Shown in pieces: positions 1-13,500 of a stretch of DNA of 64,000 nt. The notes beneath the pieces were generated by a model. That model saw only the letters and a list, made by a program, of their open reading frames with translations, ran no database searches and was not told where the DNA came from. The first letter of the stretch is position 1. Each line of letters starts with the position of its first letter. The stretch is from Trichoplax sp. H2 (taxonomy: Eukaryota): positions 682,001 to 746,000 of the forward strand of contig NOWV01000012.1 of the NCBI GenBank assembly GCA_003344405.1, in the 5' to 3' direction. Made by a program: the position numbers and the translations under genes.

Positions 1-3000
1 TGGAGAATATCAAAGGATACATAAAATATTTTAATATTTTATAACAATAGACACTCAATTGACATATATTATTTATACGTCGATATATTTGCTTACAATA
101 ATATCAGATAAGGCAATTGCTGCTTCTATTGATGAATCGACAAAAACCATACTTTCAGACCGACGTATCGTAGTTAGCGGTTTAGTTTCATTACTGTTTG
201 TTATTATCAATAGATAATAATCCTGATCGCTATTAGAAGAATCAGGAGTATCTCTACTACAACACACATTCATTAATTTTGAAATGGCCCTAAAGAGATA
301 AGAATATGATAAGTGTCTTACATATTTCAGCAATAATCCAATTACTTAATAAACAGGCAGTAGAAGAATAATATAATTCTATCTTACTTCTTGTTTTTCA
401 CCATGCCAACAGGAGCAAATATCAGCATACCAGTTGTATGACGCGTTACAACTTGTACGTGACCAGTTTCGTATAATTTTTGAACAATGATATCGTGCTC
501 ATCTTGTATCTTGAACGTTGCAGCAATTTCTAAGTCCTAATTTATGAAATATGATTTAATTGAGCTAAGGAGTACAATTTAGTAAGTTTCAAATAATCTT
601 CATTACAGTATTGGATATACGCTTATCGGTAATAAGGAAAATGTATAGAGCGTTAATATGTTCTACATATAAAGGGTTATATGATAGATATAAAGTTTAT
701 TGTTTGAATTAGTTGTATAACGAAGTCATGTTGGCGCACCGTACATATTAGTAGGTACCTTTTTCAGCATTTTTGCGAAACTTAGAGCTTTATTTGCTTG
801 TTGTTTAGCTTGGTTGAATAAGTCTCTACAGTAGCGGCTTATATCATTGACTTTACGTCTAAAGAGTAAATAATATTTTCAATTCAGCTTCTTGATAAGA
901 AACACTTTGATAACGTACGTAAGATTACTAGAATTATAATAAATGAATTAATTAATTAAAATTGAAGTTTACCTTGATCCATCAGTTAAAACATTTTCTG
1001 CTGTATTATCTTCCACCTCCATGCAATACTCGTCTAGTTTAGCTTGTAAATAATCACCAGTCGTTTTAATCATACCAGCAGCAAGAGCACTATAAAATTG
1101 ATAAAATTGAATCTTTAGTATTTATGCGTACTGATACTCAATTAATGTTACGATATTTACCGACTATCGTTACGTAACAGTAACAATATTATATAACACA
1201 TGTAACGTTTTCGTGTTCAAATTGGATATATGAGCAATTAAAGTGAATGATATTGTTGTAGAATTACCAGAATCGCTTTGCGGCACCAACTTCACCATCT
1301 AGAATTGAGGATGAAATTTCCCTTAAAAAGGACCACTCTTCCTCAAGGACGTTGTTCATAGAATTGGAGGAAACAGTTTGCCATAGGCTTAACCAGTGAT
1401 GTAAATAATTGAAGTAGACCTGTAAAGGACATGATCAATTAAACGCTTTAATGTTAAATAAGTCTCTTATAAATCGGTCAGTGTAGAACCGAATATACGT
1501 ACTATCAACATTCGGGTTAAATGTAAGGTACTTATATAAAATAGGAAGTCAAAGATAAGTGAAATAAAGAAAATCATATGGATACCCTTTGCATGTCGTG
1601 AAGGTGTTCTTCAAATCCTGCGACATCCGAGTCGAAGATATCTTTATTAACTGAGTCGAAATCGACAAGAATAGCTTCGACAGATTCTTGATAGAAATTT
1701 TTTACTTTAAAGCATGCTAATAGAACTTGTTTACATTCCCGTAATAGCTAGAATATTACGAAAGAATAAATAAGATTCGATAAACAGATTTCTTTAAAGA
1801 TTTTAAAGTTTGAAAAGGTACTTTGAGTGAAAATCTAATAGGACAATTTTTAGGTTTAATTTCAATGGCAATATTAAGTTGCCAAAAAAGAATCTGGCGT
1901 TTTTAGAAAATTTAGCCGATTCCTTGCTTCCTTTCAATTATTATTAATTACCTGTTCAATACTAAAGGATGATGGTTCTGAACTCGGTAAATGCTCCAGC
2001 CTAATTCGTAAACATTCATGTAGAACGTCTAAAGGAATTTTAAGCAATGTAAGCACTGCACGACGAAATGTTGGTAATCCCATCTCTTGGAATTCGGAGC
2101 TCCACGCACCGTGTTCATAAATCAAGTGCCTCCTATTATCAATATTTGTATCTCCGCCAGAGAAAACGTTGGGTTTTTCTAACGCAAAACGGGCATTGTC
2201 GACAGTCATTTTTAAAAGAGTTTTCAAGCGATCTACCAAGCCGTCAACGCCCATTAGTTTGAGGCAGCGTTCAACAAATACCTTGTAGCAGGGGATATCG
2301 ATATTATCGTCATCTTGGGGATCAGTTAGGGTCGACTCAGACTGTTGTTCTTTATTTACATGGTTATCATCATGTGTGCATACTTCATTGACATCATCGT
2401 CGCTTTCTGGGTTTGATAAAACGATTGTAACATCAGGTATTTTTGCAGTCTCCTGGTTTAATTGAGAATCAAAACTTTGACTGCTCATTAGAAGGCTCCC
2501 ATTAGTAGATTCTGTAATAGATGAATTACCAGTATCGTTGTGATCGATGCCTCTGAATGCGGTTATGTCTATACTACAGGACCTTAGTCGTTCATCCGGA
2601 TCTAAATCAACCTTTTGGTAGTTACAAAATGTATCATTGCATTTAATATTTACACTTAATTCATTGGACATTAAGCAAAATTGCCTCGATAGATTTTGTA
2701 CCATATTGAGCCATAAAGTTAAAGTATTAATCCTTTCTTGTAATTTAACGTTACGAAATCTAGCTTCGCTCCTTGCTAGAGATTTTAAATTAGGGTATAA
2801 TCTTTCAAGCCGATCTAATCGTTTCATAATTGATATAACTCGTTCTGCATATTCTTTATCAATAGCCATGACAGATAAATCACCAAAATTCCACGCTGTA
2901 GTAGTATACTTTTCCTCCTGATTTAACCAATGGGCTAAGTAGTCCTTTTCTACTTCATCGATGCTAGATTCTTCCAATTGTTCATCTTCGGGGTTACTAA

Positions 3001-5964
3001 AGTCATCTATCTGAAAGCCCATATCATCTTCTTTGTCGTCATTTTCTGTCGTTATTGACACATCAACTAAGGTTGAACTAGATTGATTGGGCGAAGAATC
3101 GCGATAACTATCGGTAAGTGAGTTTATACTATTGTAGGTACTATCGCCATTATTATCACTATCTATTGGATTATTATGGGATTTTTGATTAAAATTTAAT
3201 TGCATAATTTCATCAAGGATATTGCAGTATTCTCGTCGTTGTTTTTGCAAGTATTTCTCGAATTCATCAATATCACGATCGGCTAATCTTGATCGAATTT
3301 CTAACCATAATGCATTCTGATAGTCTTCCCTCCATCTATCAGTGGGTTCATAGGTATTATCGGATATACTTAGGGATAAATCTACTGATTCCTTTTGCTT
3401 ATGATATGATGAACCTAAATTAATTTTCTTTATAAGAGAGGAATAGAAATCTTTCCTATGTTGAGCACAGTCAGGCTTTAGTAATGAATCGCTTGAGAGA
3501 CCATCGGAGTGGGGAGATGAACATGGTGACTCTTCAACTGAATTTAGTCTATTAAAGCTTTTAAATTCATGAGACATTGCTCTAATTAATGATGATTGAG
3601 TGACTGTTGGTGAGAATTGTTCTGGAGATGCAGTAAAAAAGTTTTCTTTTGTTTTTCTATCATACTGTCTAGATTTTTGGTTGTTTATTTTTCTGGCTTT
3701 ATGAAGAGCAGGAAATACACCATTTGTTCCATCCTGTTGGTTGGCCTATTGTATCGATAAGTACAATCAATGAGGTCAAGGTAGATTCAGATGTATTAGT
3801 CAGTGTCATAATGTGAAGAGCTTTTGTACAAAGTTTACTATACATATATACTGTAGAACTGTATTATGAATGACCGATAGTACTGTAGTGGCGTTTATTG
3901 TTAAAGCACATAGCGAATTTTAGATATACAGTACTAAATGTACAGCAAGCATATAAGTATTTAGGATAAATGATTCAATTCTGCAGGACTAGCATGAAAT
4001 AGCAATAGTATAAGGATAAGTGGTATCCCATTTGATAAGGTCAATTAGCATAACTTTTAAAATGGAAGAAGCTATCCGCTTTGAAATTATAAAACGTATA
4101 GACCATCTATCATTAATCTTTTAGCGTTATCGATTACTTTTATCCAATTTTCTATAGCCGTGTTGAATTAATTTTTATTGTATTGAAAAATTACCCCAAA
4201 AATTAAGTTAAGGCTTATGCAATAGTAGCTCTTACGCGATAGATTCATGAATTATTTATCTATCATTCGCTTTTTAGTCGCTACTACATAAAGATAATGT
4301 CATCTATTTTAGTAATAATTATAGCAATTTAAAGATAGATGTGAGAGTAGATGAATTACATTAATACTGTAATGTCAGAATCAATGGAAAAGATTACACG
4401 TTTATTAAAATTGCCTCAGGGACCTGTATTATGAATACTGTAAATGTACAAGTTAAGGTCAATACCTGAAATTGGACAATCCTAGAATTGACCAATGCAC
4501 TAGAACGTACTTTATTTTGATAATTTAAATGATTGACAATAGTAGAACTAGTAAGTAATCTTTTAGTTGAGGATTCTAGCTTGAGGGTGAAATCATTTCA
4601 GGAATGTCTACGATTATTTCCAATAAGCCAAGTAAATGTGCATTTACTAGCAGTGGATAATGTATCATGCGCCTTTATATTGTTTAACCGTGATAGACGT
4701 ATTATTACCACATGTATATATATTCATTTCATAATAATACAGTAGTGATATTGCATACTAATCTATAATTTACAATAGTGGCAAAGATAACATAATTACA
4801 GTATCCAGGGTATATTTGATCAAGATACAACGAATTGATTGTTTAATTGTATTCAAAATTCAAAACGACTTTGGAAGGTGCAACGATAAGTTATCGAAGT
4901 GTTGAGCAGCAGCGTCTAAGCTGGGAACGATAGTACTGTACTGTACAGTACAGTACTACAAGTGTTCATATAAAATGGATACGCTATAAAACTGATGTAA
5001 TGCTACTACGTACAGTAGAGTAGTTCCATTATACAGTAGTGTAAGAATAGTAATAATTTCAATTGTATAGGCGTTGGAGTGAACATACTCACAAGCGTAA
5101 ACAGAGTACTGAGCTGAGTAAGAAAGCTAAGGTAAAAAGTATAAATATAGCTACTAAAACGGTGAAATAAGACCAAATTCTTTAGCAGAATCATAACACA
5201 ATTGATGCCATTAATCAACTTTATTTGTAAAGAAACGATTATCTTGTTTACACAATAAGTCGTGGAAGTGGAAAGCCGTCCAAATGTATTATTTATACTG
5301 TACTGTATATTGTGGCCAACTAGAATTTAGAATTTATTGGGGTACTCATGGCGAACAAAATTAAAAGATTGATGTACGTACAGTACGTCGTACAGTAGGT
5401 GTATGATAGTGATGAGATGTACTGCAGTATTAATCTGCTAACCCATGGCACAATTTGCTCTCGTAGCAGTTTATCTGTTTGAAGTTTTGAACTTTTTCAT
5501 GAAGCATCCTGGAGCAAGTACGTTAGACTAGCATTAATTGATTGTACGTCTATCACATTCCACCATGTCTAAATGTACGTATTGTTTTTACTTACAGGGA
5601 TTATTTGGCGTGCAGCGCTGCGTGGATGATTGCGTTGATTTTCTTGGTATTTTTCGTTGGTTAAATTTTTATGGTTGATATTTTTACTACTCGAATCTTC
5701 TTTATAACGCAATTTTTCACGTTTACCAATTCGTGTTTTAGCTCTTGCCACTCGAGAATCATACGGAGGGGTCACGCCATAAGCTGGAAATTCCAAGGAG
5801 TCACTATCAGTAATATCGTCATTGTCCAAATCGTAACTATCTACGCTACCAGAACCAAATGAGCCACTATCCAGTAAAGGATTATAATCTTCAGGTGGTG
5901 ACACCGAAGCTACTTCAGATCCATGAGCACTATTTTGCCTATTGACTGATTTTTCAAAAGACAT
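1..5964 (-). CDS. MAP3K4: Mitogen-activated protein kinase kinase kinase 4 (MEKK4/Ssk2-type), N-terminal exons only; gene continues past the left edge
   Basis: ATG 5964. Exons 5596-5964, candidate 4466-4579, 1952-3745, 1586-1747, 1268-1419 and further exons leftward, with GT-AG borders. Motifs typical of the MAP3K4 N-terminal region: WLEIRS, ERLYP, GAWSSEFQEMGLPTFR, LLKIPLDVLHECLRIRLE, LLRECK, VYFNYLHHW, LEEEW. The kinase domain is not in the window. Confidence 0.9.
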
Positions 5965-6349
5965 AATCTTTGACGTTTTGCAATAAAATGGATGAAAAGT
6001 TTGAAAGTTAAAATGGATTGACAATTGAAAAAGAAAGGAGAAAAATCAATACGTGTCCAATGATTGCAATAGCAGCCAATTGAATAACGAGCTAAAATGG
6101 TTTGAAAAGGCAGATTAGGAGTACTGTACTTTGCTGTCAAACCGTACTACTCGATTGTAGGTGAAATGACGATGAAATGGTCAATAAAGTTCATGGCCAG
6201 TAGTGGATTATCATCTTTCTGTTGGATTCATTGAATTCAAATATCCATAAATGATTGCAGTGATGGTTGGACGGCTTGCACAGGGAATTCCACCGCTAGT
6301 CTTTTCGATTTTCACAGGCGAAAGAGTTTGTTGTTCCGTTTGCAAGCTT

Positions 6350-7550
6350 AGCCACAGCCTTGTGCCACAGTCCAGCCGTACGGTATGATGTCACTCAGCG
6401 GTACAGTGTACAGTAGATGATACTGTACAGTATGCAGAATGAAAGAACGTTTTCTAGCTTCAGCCTGTACAGTACAGTATGGAACTGTCACGTGTCCAGG
6501 TGATGTACAGTACAGTACAGTACAGTACTGTACAGTACAGCAGGTCAATCGCTGAGTTTACCATCGCATACAGTACAATATACTGTAAAATGCAGTACTA
6601 TGTACTGTACTATAAAGGTCAAAACCCACAATACCCTGTACTGTACGCCAGTACGTAGCTTCAGCCTACGTACTGTACTGTACTGTACAGTACAGTATAA
6701 GGAATTGTCACGTGTCCAAGTGGTGTACTGTACGATACTGCTCCCGTTTAGACGGTACAGTACAGTATGAACACTGCAGTAAAGTGTACTGTAAAATGCA
6801 GTACTATGTACTGTACTGTCGAGGTCAAAACGTCAAAACCCACAATACCTTGCACTACTGTGCACAGGACAGTACCGTATTGTACGCCTACTGTACTGTA
6901 CTGTACAGTACAGTACAGTACTGTAGAATGAAAGAAAGTTTTATAGCTTCAGCCTGTATGGAACTGTCACGTGTCCAGGTGGTGTGTACTCTACAGTGTA
7001 CAGTACGGGCAGTACAGCAGTCAGGTCTAACAGCAGGTCAATCGCTGAGTTTACCCTCGTGTACAGTGTACTGTACTGTAACAATCAATTCGTTACACTG
7101 TACTGCATTTGACAAGCTTTTACGGAATGCACGAATTACGCAGGCGCATTCCGCCAGAAGCTGAAGTGCGCATCCGCGTTCCGTTCCATTCCGTAGTTTA
7201 CTGGGCACCGTGCAAACCCACAATACCCTGCACTGTACTGTACAGTATTCTACTGTATAGTACAGTACTGTACTGTACTGTACTGTACTCGACTGGTCCA
7301 AACCCACAATACCCTGCACTACAGTATACAGTACACTGTACACTGTACACTGTAGTGACGTCACCATTCTCGACTCCCCCTCCAGGGTGAGTGACATCAT
7401 TTCCTAATTTGGGAAAATTGCTGACTACAGACAGAAGGACTGACTCTATGGATGCACATTCAGCACTTTTACACTTATAAAGCTCCAGTTCAAGGTACAG
7501 CCCTGTACATTGTACTGGATAGTGTAGTCTGCTACTGACAGCAAAGAAAC
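6350..7550. promoter_or_regulatory. Bidirectional promoter interval of MAP3K4/ASCC3, built from repeated modules and TACAG/CTGTA pentamer arrays
   Basis: Lies between the divergent ATGs at 5964 and 7586. Three GTCACGTGTC E-box modules (CACGTG at 6489, 6709, 6968), CRE palindrome GTGACGTCAC 7355-7364, four AAACCCACAATACC copies, GCGCAT motifs at 7141-7178. Confidence 0.65.
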
Positions 7551-7585
7551 TTTCTTTCATTGCTAATAACAACGCTGCTTTGCCA

Positions 7586-10500
7586 ATGGCCGATTTACAA
7601 CTACCTCGATTTACTCAATCTTTACGTACATTCTCCAAAGTGGTCGATCCAACAGCTCATCATGGTCATCATGCCAGCGTTAGTCTTCAACAGAAACGTC
7701 AAGGTAAAAATAACATTACCAATGCGATCACCTGGAAGCAATTGAATCAGTTAGGCCAATCTTTACCGGACAAGCTAGAGAAAGAGGTAGGTACAGTATC
7801 AAAAATGATATATCATTAGCATGCAGTCTGATATACAGGACATCAAGATAAATAATAAATCCAAAGTTGACACAGTCAGTTACAATAGGATGTGTAGAGG
7901 ATTCAAATTGAACTAGGACACCATCTTGCCATGTGAATGGACTTACCACATTATATTCTACTGTACAAGTCTACAGTACAACTGTACATGTTGGAACAAC
8001 GTGTGAAAATGCCAGCTAATTTCTACTTCAAAACATTCTCAACTTCAATTGATTCTCCGTCCATTTTTCCTTTAGGTTGCACCATTATTAAAGCAGTTGC
8101 TTTCTTGTGCCAATGATCTTGGTAAGTGCTAACTTCATCAAAGTATCATTATTTCACTATTGCAATTGTCCCCATTTTTCCGTCTTGTTATCATCAATCA
8201 ATCAATGCTTCTTTTGCATTGATCGTATGCGCAGAACAGCCATTCTACTGTGCAGTAGCGATCATGAATTTATTGTTGAAATCAAAATAGGCTAATTGGC
8301 AATGATGTATTGTACGTACACTATACAGTACCACCAAAGCATATATACAGAATATCTGCTTGATATGTAAAACTACTTTATACCTTGAGCTAAAACAAGA
8401 TTATACGAGCAACAGTATAATAGTATTTGGAGTCAACCCAATCTACTATATTGTACAACAGTAGCTTTCAAAGAGTTGCAGTCGTCAAACTATTACTGTA
8501 TGTAGCTTGAAGTGATCCTGTCTTGCAATGACAGTATAATGCCACCAATACTCTTGTAGTCATGCATTGAACAAATATTTATTTCAGCAAGTAGTCACTA
8601 CTATCGCTACAAAGGCTAGAAGAAGACCTATTTTATTGTTATACAACAAAACTGCTTGATAGACGTTATTATACATCAAGCAACCAGTGCTACATCAAGT
8701 ATTGCGGTAGTAATACTACTATTGACTGGCAAATCTTGTACTCTCATGTATTGATCACTTCTTACCATGCTTACAACGATGTTATCGTCAACTTTCTATA
8801 CTAACCTGTATTATACTGAGCAAGTTGCGTTATATCATCTTCGATGTCTACAATAAACTTTTACTCTAATATCAACTCATTACTGTATATAACTGCATGT
8901 TGCCGAGAAATTGTACGGACATGCTAAACTACGATCATTGAAAAGCATCATAGTTATACTGTATAGCTAGCTAACTAGCCCTATCTGTGGCGTTGATTCC
9001 TCACCTACCGGTTATCTCAAAAATTGGGACTTGCCTTCCATCATTGGCAAACTGATACTTTTGTTTCCTTTTTGCTATCCTAAATACGATACAGTATAAG
9101 TATTACATGCCGGTACAATCAGTGTCTAGCATGACTTTTTATACTACAACTCTAATGATTATAATGATAGCGATCAAGTCTTCACATTCTAACGATGCTC
9201 GCAATTGTAGTGTAAAGGTAGCAGGCGATATTGACTCGGATGCGATTCTTGATCTATTTATAGCCTGTAATGAACTTGGAGAAGGAGCTAGCGCTGCTAC
9301 CGCAGCCTTCCTCTTTGAGACGTTAATCGATAGTCAACAAGTGGGCCGCCATGAAAGTGAGACGATACGTCGAGTTGTTGGCCCATTTCCTCAATCGTCT
9401 GCTAGTCAAGCCTGTAAAATTGTTCAACAACTTGTACATTTGATACCTGACCAACAAATGGACAAATTCAGAAATTTAAATAAGCCACTTTCGCAAAATC
9501 AAAATAATCCAATTGAATTTGGTAAAGGCATTAAGTTCACTTTTGCTGATTTAGATCAAGTGGATTATACTTCAAATGAAGGTAAGTAAACCTTGATGTC
9601 AGTTATAATCATCCTGAACGTAAAAAATATCTGTAAAATTCATTTCAATTTCGTTAATACATTCTAATTATCTTAAAATAATATATCGATCTTGTTATTG
9701 GTATTGATTGAATTAGATTTGATCAAGATCATGACATTCCCTAGTACCGAAAATGATTTTCAGTTCGATATCGGTTACAAATCACCTCAGCAGGAATCAA
9801 CGAAAATCCAGCAGAAAGATACGACAGAGGAACCTATTGCATTACAGGGATTATGTAATCAGTATTTAAAGGATAAAGTAAAGGATGGATGGAAATTAGA
9901 AGATATTTGTAGCGTATTATTAGATATCCTACAATCGCCTAGAAGTAATGAAGACATTCAGTGCGAGGTAGTAAACTAATGGCGATGGTAAATTCACCGC
10001 CTATTCGTCATATATATTGGTAGTATAATTTTATAACCTTTACCAGATAAATACCATTAACAAAAGATCTTATATTCTTTTAGCTTTGTGATATACTAGG
10101 ATTGGACAAATTAGAATTTGCAATGCTATTATTAGAGAAGAGAACTGATTTAGTCCAATCGGCTAAGACGATAGATATGAGTAGAGGTAAAGCGATTTTT
10201 TGGTATGCTATTATAATATGTGAACTAGATCTGCTACGATGTTGATAGATTAACATTAGGGCAATGCACCTTTATGCTTTGTCGTATAAACTTTTAAAAA
10301 CAATTTCGTTCTTAAATACGCATTGCATGAGTACATGATTCTATTCTATTTATTGACAACGTCCATTGTAAGTAAAATGTACGTATTCGCCTGATTCTAG
10401 ACTGTTATCAAAAGAATAACGCTAATAGTCGATCGGATAGAAAGCCTGTTGTTGCCTCTCAAATAACTGTTCAGGTAGATTCACAAATTTGAGCTGATAC

Positions 10501-13500
10501 AAAGTCAAAACAGATAGTTTTAAATTTAGACTAATTAATCCAATGGCTTAAGGAATTTAATACGTGTTACTTCCTTTATAACTAGTCTGCATACGAGAAG
10601 CAATTAGCCAAAGTAATACAAAAAGAAGATCGCAAACTGAATCGAAACACTACACACAATCCGTCCAATGCTGATAATGATTTTATGGAATTTGATCCAG
10701 AATTTCTCCGGCAACAAAGGCTAGTCCAACCTTCAAGATACTTTTATACTTTAAGATTTGCGTTTATCATTTTATTTATATTTAAGAATATTCTCAACAT
10801 TCATTAATCAAGGCATCATTTTAGATGTTGTTAAAACAAGGGTATCAATAGCTTAAAATACTAATGATGTCCTTTGATTCTACAGAGAAATTCAATTGCA
10901 AGCTGCCAGTAGAAAATCGATATTGAGTCGATCTAGTGCGGCAGCTTCACGAAGGATAAAATATCCATACGTTTTTGATTCAATGTATGAAGCTCAGCAA
11001 ACATCTGCATTTTTAGCTAATGTTAAGGTACTACAATTTATTAGCTAAATATCAAGTGTATTTTTAAATGAACTACAAAGTCGAAATTTGTTTGTACTAG
11101 GTGGCGTTACCAACAAATGCCAAGAGATCGTCCGATCAGTTATGCGAATCGGTCACGTTACCGTTTTCTGCTCCTGCACCACCTATGGAATGGGAAAGGA
11201 AAGTGCCTATAACAGCACTAGATGAAGTACTGTTCAAACCAATACTACATGATTGATCTTATTGTATAGATAGCAGAAATTTTTATTTTTTCTAATTAAT
11301 TTATTGCAATTTAGATAGCGCAAATGGCATTTACTGGTACAAAGTATCTGAATAGAATTCAGTCAATAGTTTACGAGAACGCTTATAATTCAAATGAAAA
11401 TTTACTAATTTGCGCTCCAACTGGTGCTGGAAAAACTAATGTCGCCATGTTGACTATAATTAGAGAAATTCGCCAGCATATTTATAGTGGTGTTATTAAA
11501 AAGGATGAATTCAAGGTATGCATATATATATATATATATATCTAATAAAAAAAACTAGTGTGAAATAATTTAATACTGTTAAATTATTGGGTTAGATTAT
11601 TTACGTTGCTCCTATGAAAGCATTAGCTGCGGAAGTAGTGAGAAATTTTAGTAGTAGATTATCACCGCTTGGAATTAACGTTAGAGAGTTTACCGGGGAT
11701 ATGTCATTAACGAAACAAGAACTAGCGGCTACTCAGGTAAGTAAGAAATGATATTATGGCATAACGTTAGCCTTATAATACATTAAATGTAATACCATGG
11801 AGATTTTTACTGAACTTTATCCATTGAATTTAATAGATTTGTTGATTTTAACTTTAAAGTAATACTTGTCATTCGTCTATTGAAATTTAAAACTAGTTAT
11901 TAATTTTCCCCTTAGATGATAGTAACAACGCCAGAAAAATGGGATGTAGTCACTAGGAAAAATACTAGTGACTTTGTTCTTGTGCATAAAGTAAATTTAA
12001 TAATACTTGATGAGGTACACTTATTATATAACGATCGTGGAGCTGTAATTGAAAGTATAGTTGCTCGAACACTGCGACAGGTAAATATTACTATACAAGA
12101 TGCAGTGTCGAATTTATTGTCAATATTATAGAAAATATCTTGATCACAAACTTAAAGCGTTAATATGGAATAATGTACTGCAGGTTGAAGCCACGCAAAG
12201 GATGATTCGTATCGTTGGTCTTTCTGCAACATTACCAAACTATGAAGATGTTGCTTTGTTTTTACGTGTTAATCCTCATAGTGGATTATACTTTTTCGAT
12301 AATCGCTTTCGTCCTGTGCCATTAACTCAGCATTTTATTGGAATTAAATCAACAAACTATATACGACAAGCGGAAGATATGAATACCGTGTGCTATGACA
12401 GAGTACTTAAATATTTAAAGGATGATAAGCAGGTAAGGGAAATTAACTTTTACGGAAAAAGTCGAAAAATTTTAAAAATTAATTAATGAATTATCTTTCG
12501 TTTACTTCTTAGGTTATGGTATTTGTTCATGCACGTAATGCAACCGTTAGAACTGCTAGAGCTCTGCATGATATTGCTTCAAATGGAAATGAATTGTCGT
12601 ACTTTATACCTGAAAGAGATGTTGATTATGGAAGATCAGAAAAACAGGTAACTCAATGTTATTATTGTATTACGCGTTATAATAATAATACTTATTATAG
12701 TAATTGTATTAATTGATTAAATGACTTCTTATAGGTTATGAAATCTCGCAATAAGGAACTACGTGATTTATTTTTGGGTGGTTTTGGAATTCATCATGCG
12801 GGTATGCTCAGACAAGATCGTAATTTGGTTGAAAAGCTATTTTTAAACGGACACATTAGGGTATTGGTTTGCACAGCTACTCTTGCTTGGGGTATTAATT
12901 TACCAGCTCATGCTGTCATTATCAAGGTAGTGTAAAATTGATTGGTTTTGAAATTATTATATTATAACAATAAGACGATTTATATTTAAAGCGTATTGAA
13001 GCATAACCTTTTCAAATAATCTTACATTATTATTATTCATATATAGGGTACGCAAGTTTACGATTCCGGTAAGGGATCTTTCGTTGACCTTGATGTCTTG
13101 GATGTCCTTCAGATATTTGGTAGAGCTGGTAGGCCGCAATTCGATAATCATGGCGAGGGAACAATTATTACAACACATGATAAACTTGCCCATTATTTAT
13201 CGGTTATAACACGGCAAAGACCGATTGAAAGCGAATTTGAAAAGGGCTTGTTGGATAATTTAAATGCAGAAGTATGTAATATTTTCAATACTGATTTAGG
13301 TAGCATCAGTAGATAATATAATCTTACTTGATCTAGAGATTTCTTAAAGCATTTTATATCATATTATCTATTGATTGATTGGAATCATGGTAGATTGCTT
13401 TAGGTACAGTGACCACAGTTGAAGAAGCAGTAAAGTGGCTAAGTTATACGTATTTATATATACGGATGGTACGAAATCCTTTAGCTTATGGTCTGTCTTA

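Noticed and set aside
6348-7572. ORFs rich in TVQY/CTVL (6348-6548, 6712-7164, 7038-7400, 7109-7390, 7198-7572)
   Set aside because: These are translations of the pentamer repeats, open on both strands, with no protein-like features.
9219-9224. TAGCAG tandem (NAGNAG) acceptor in ASCC3 exon 3
   Set aside because: A common feature changing one residue; it cannot be resolved without transcripts.
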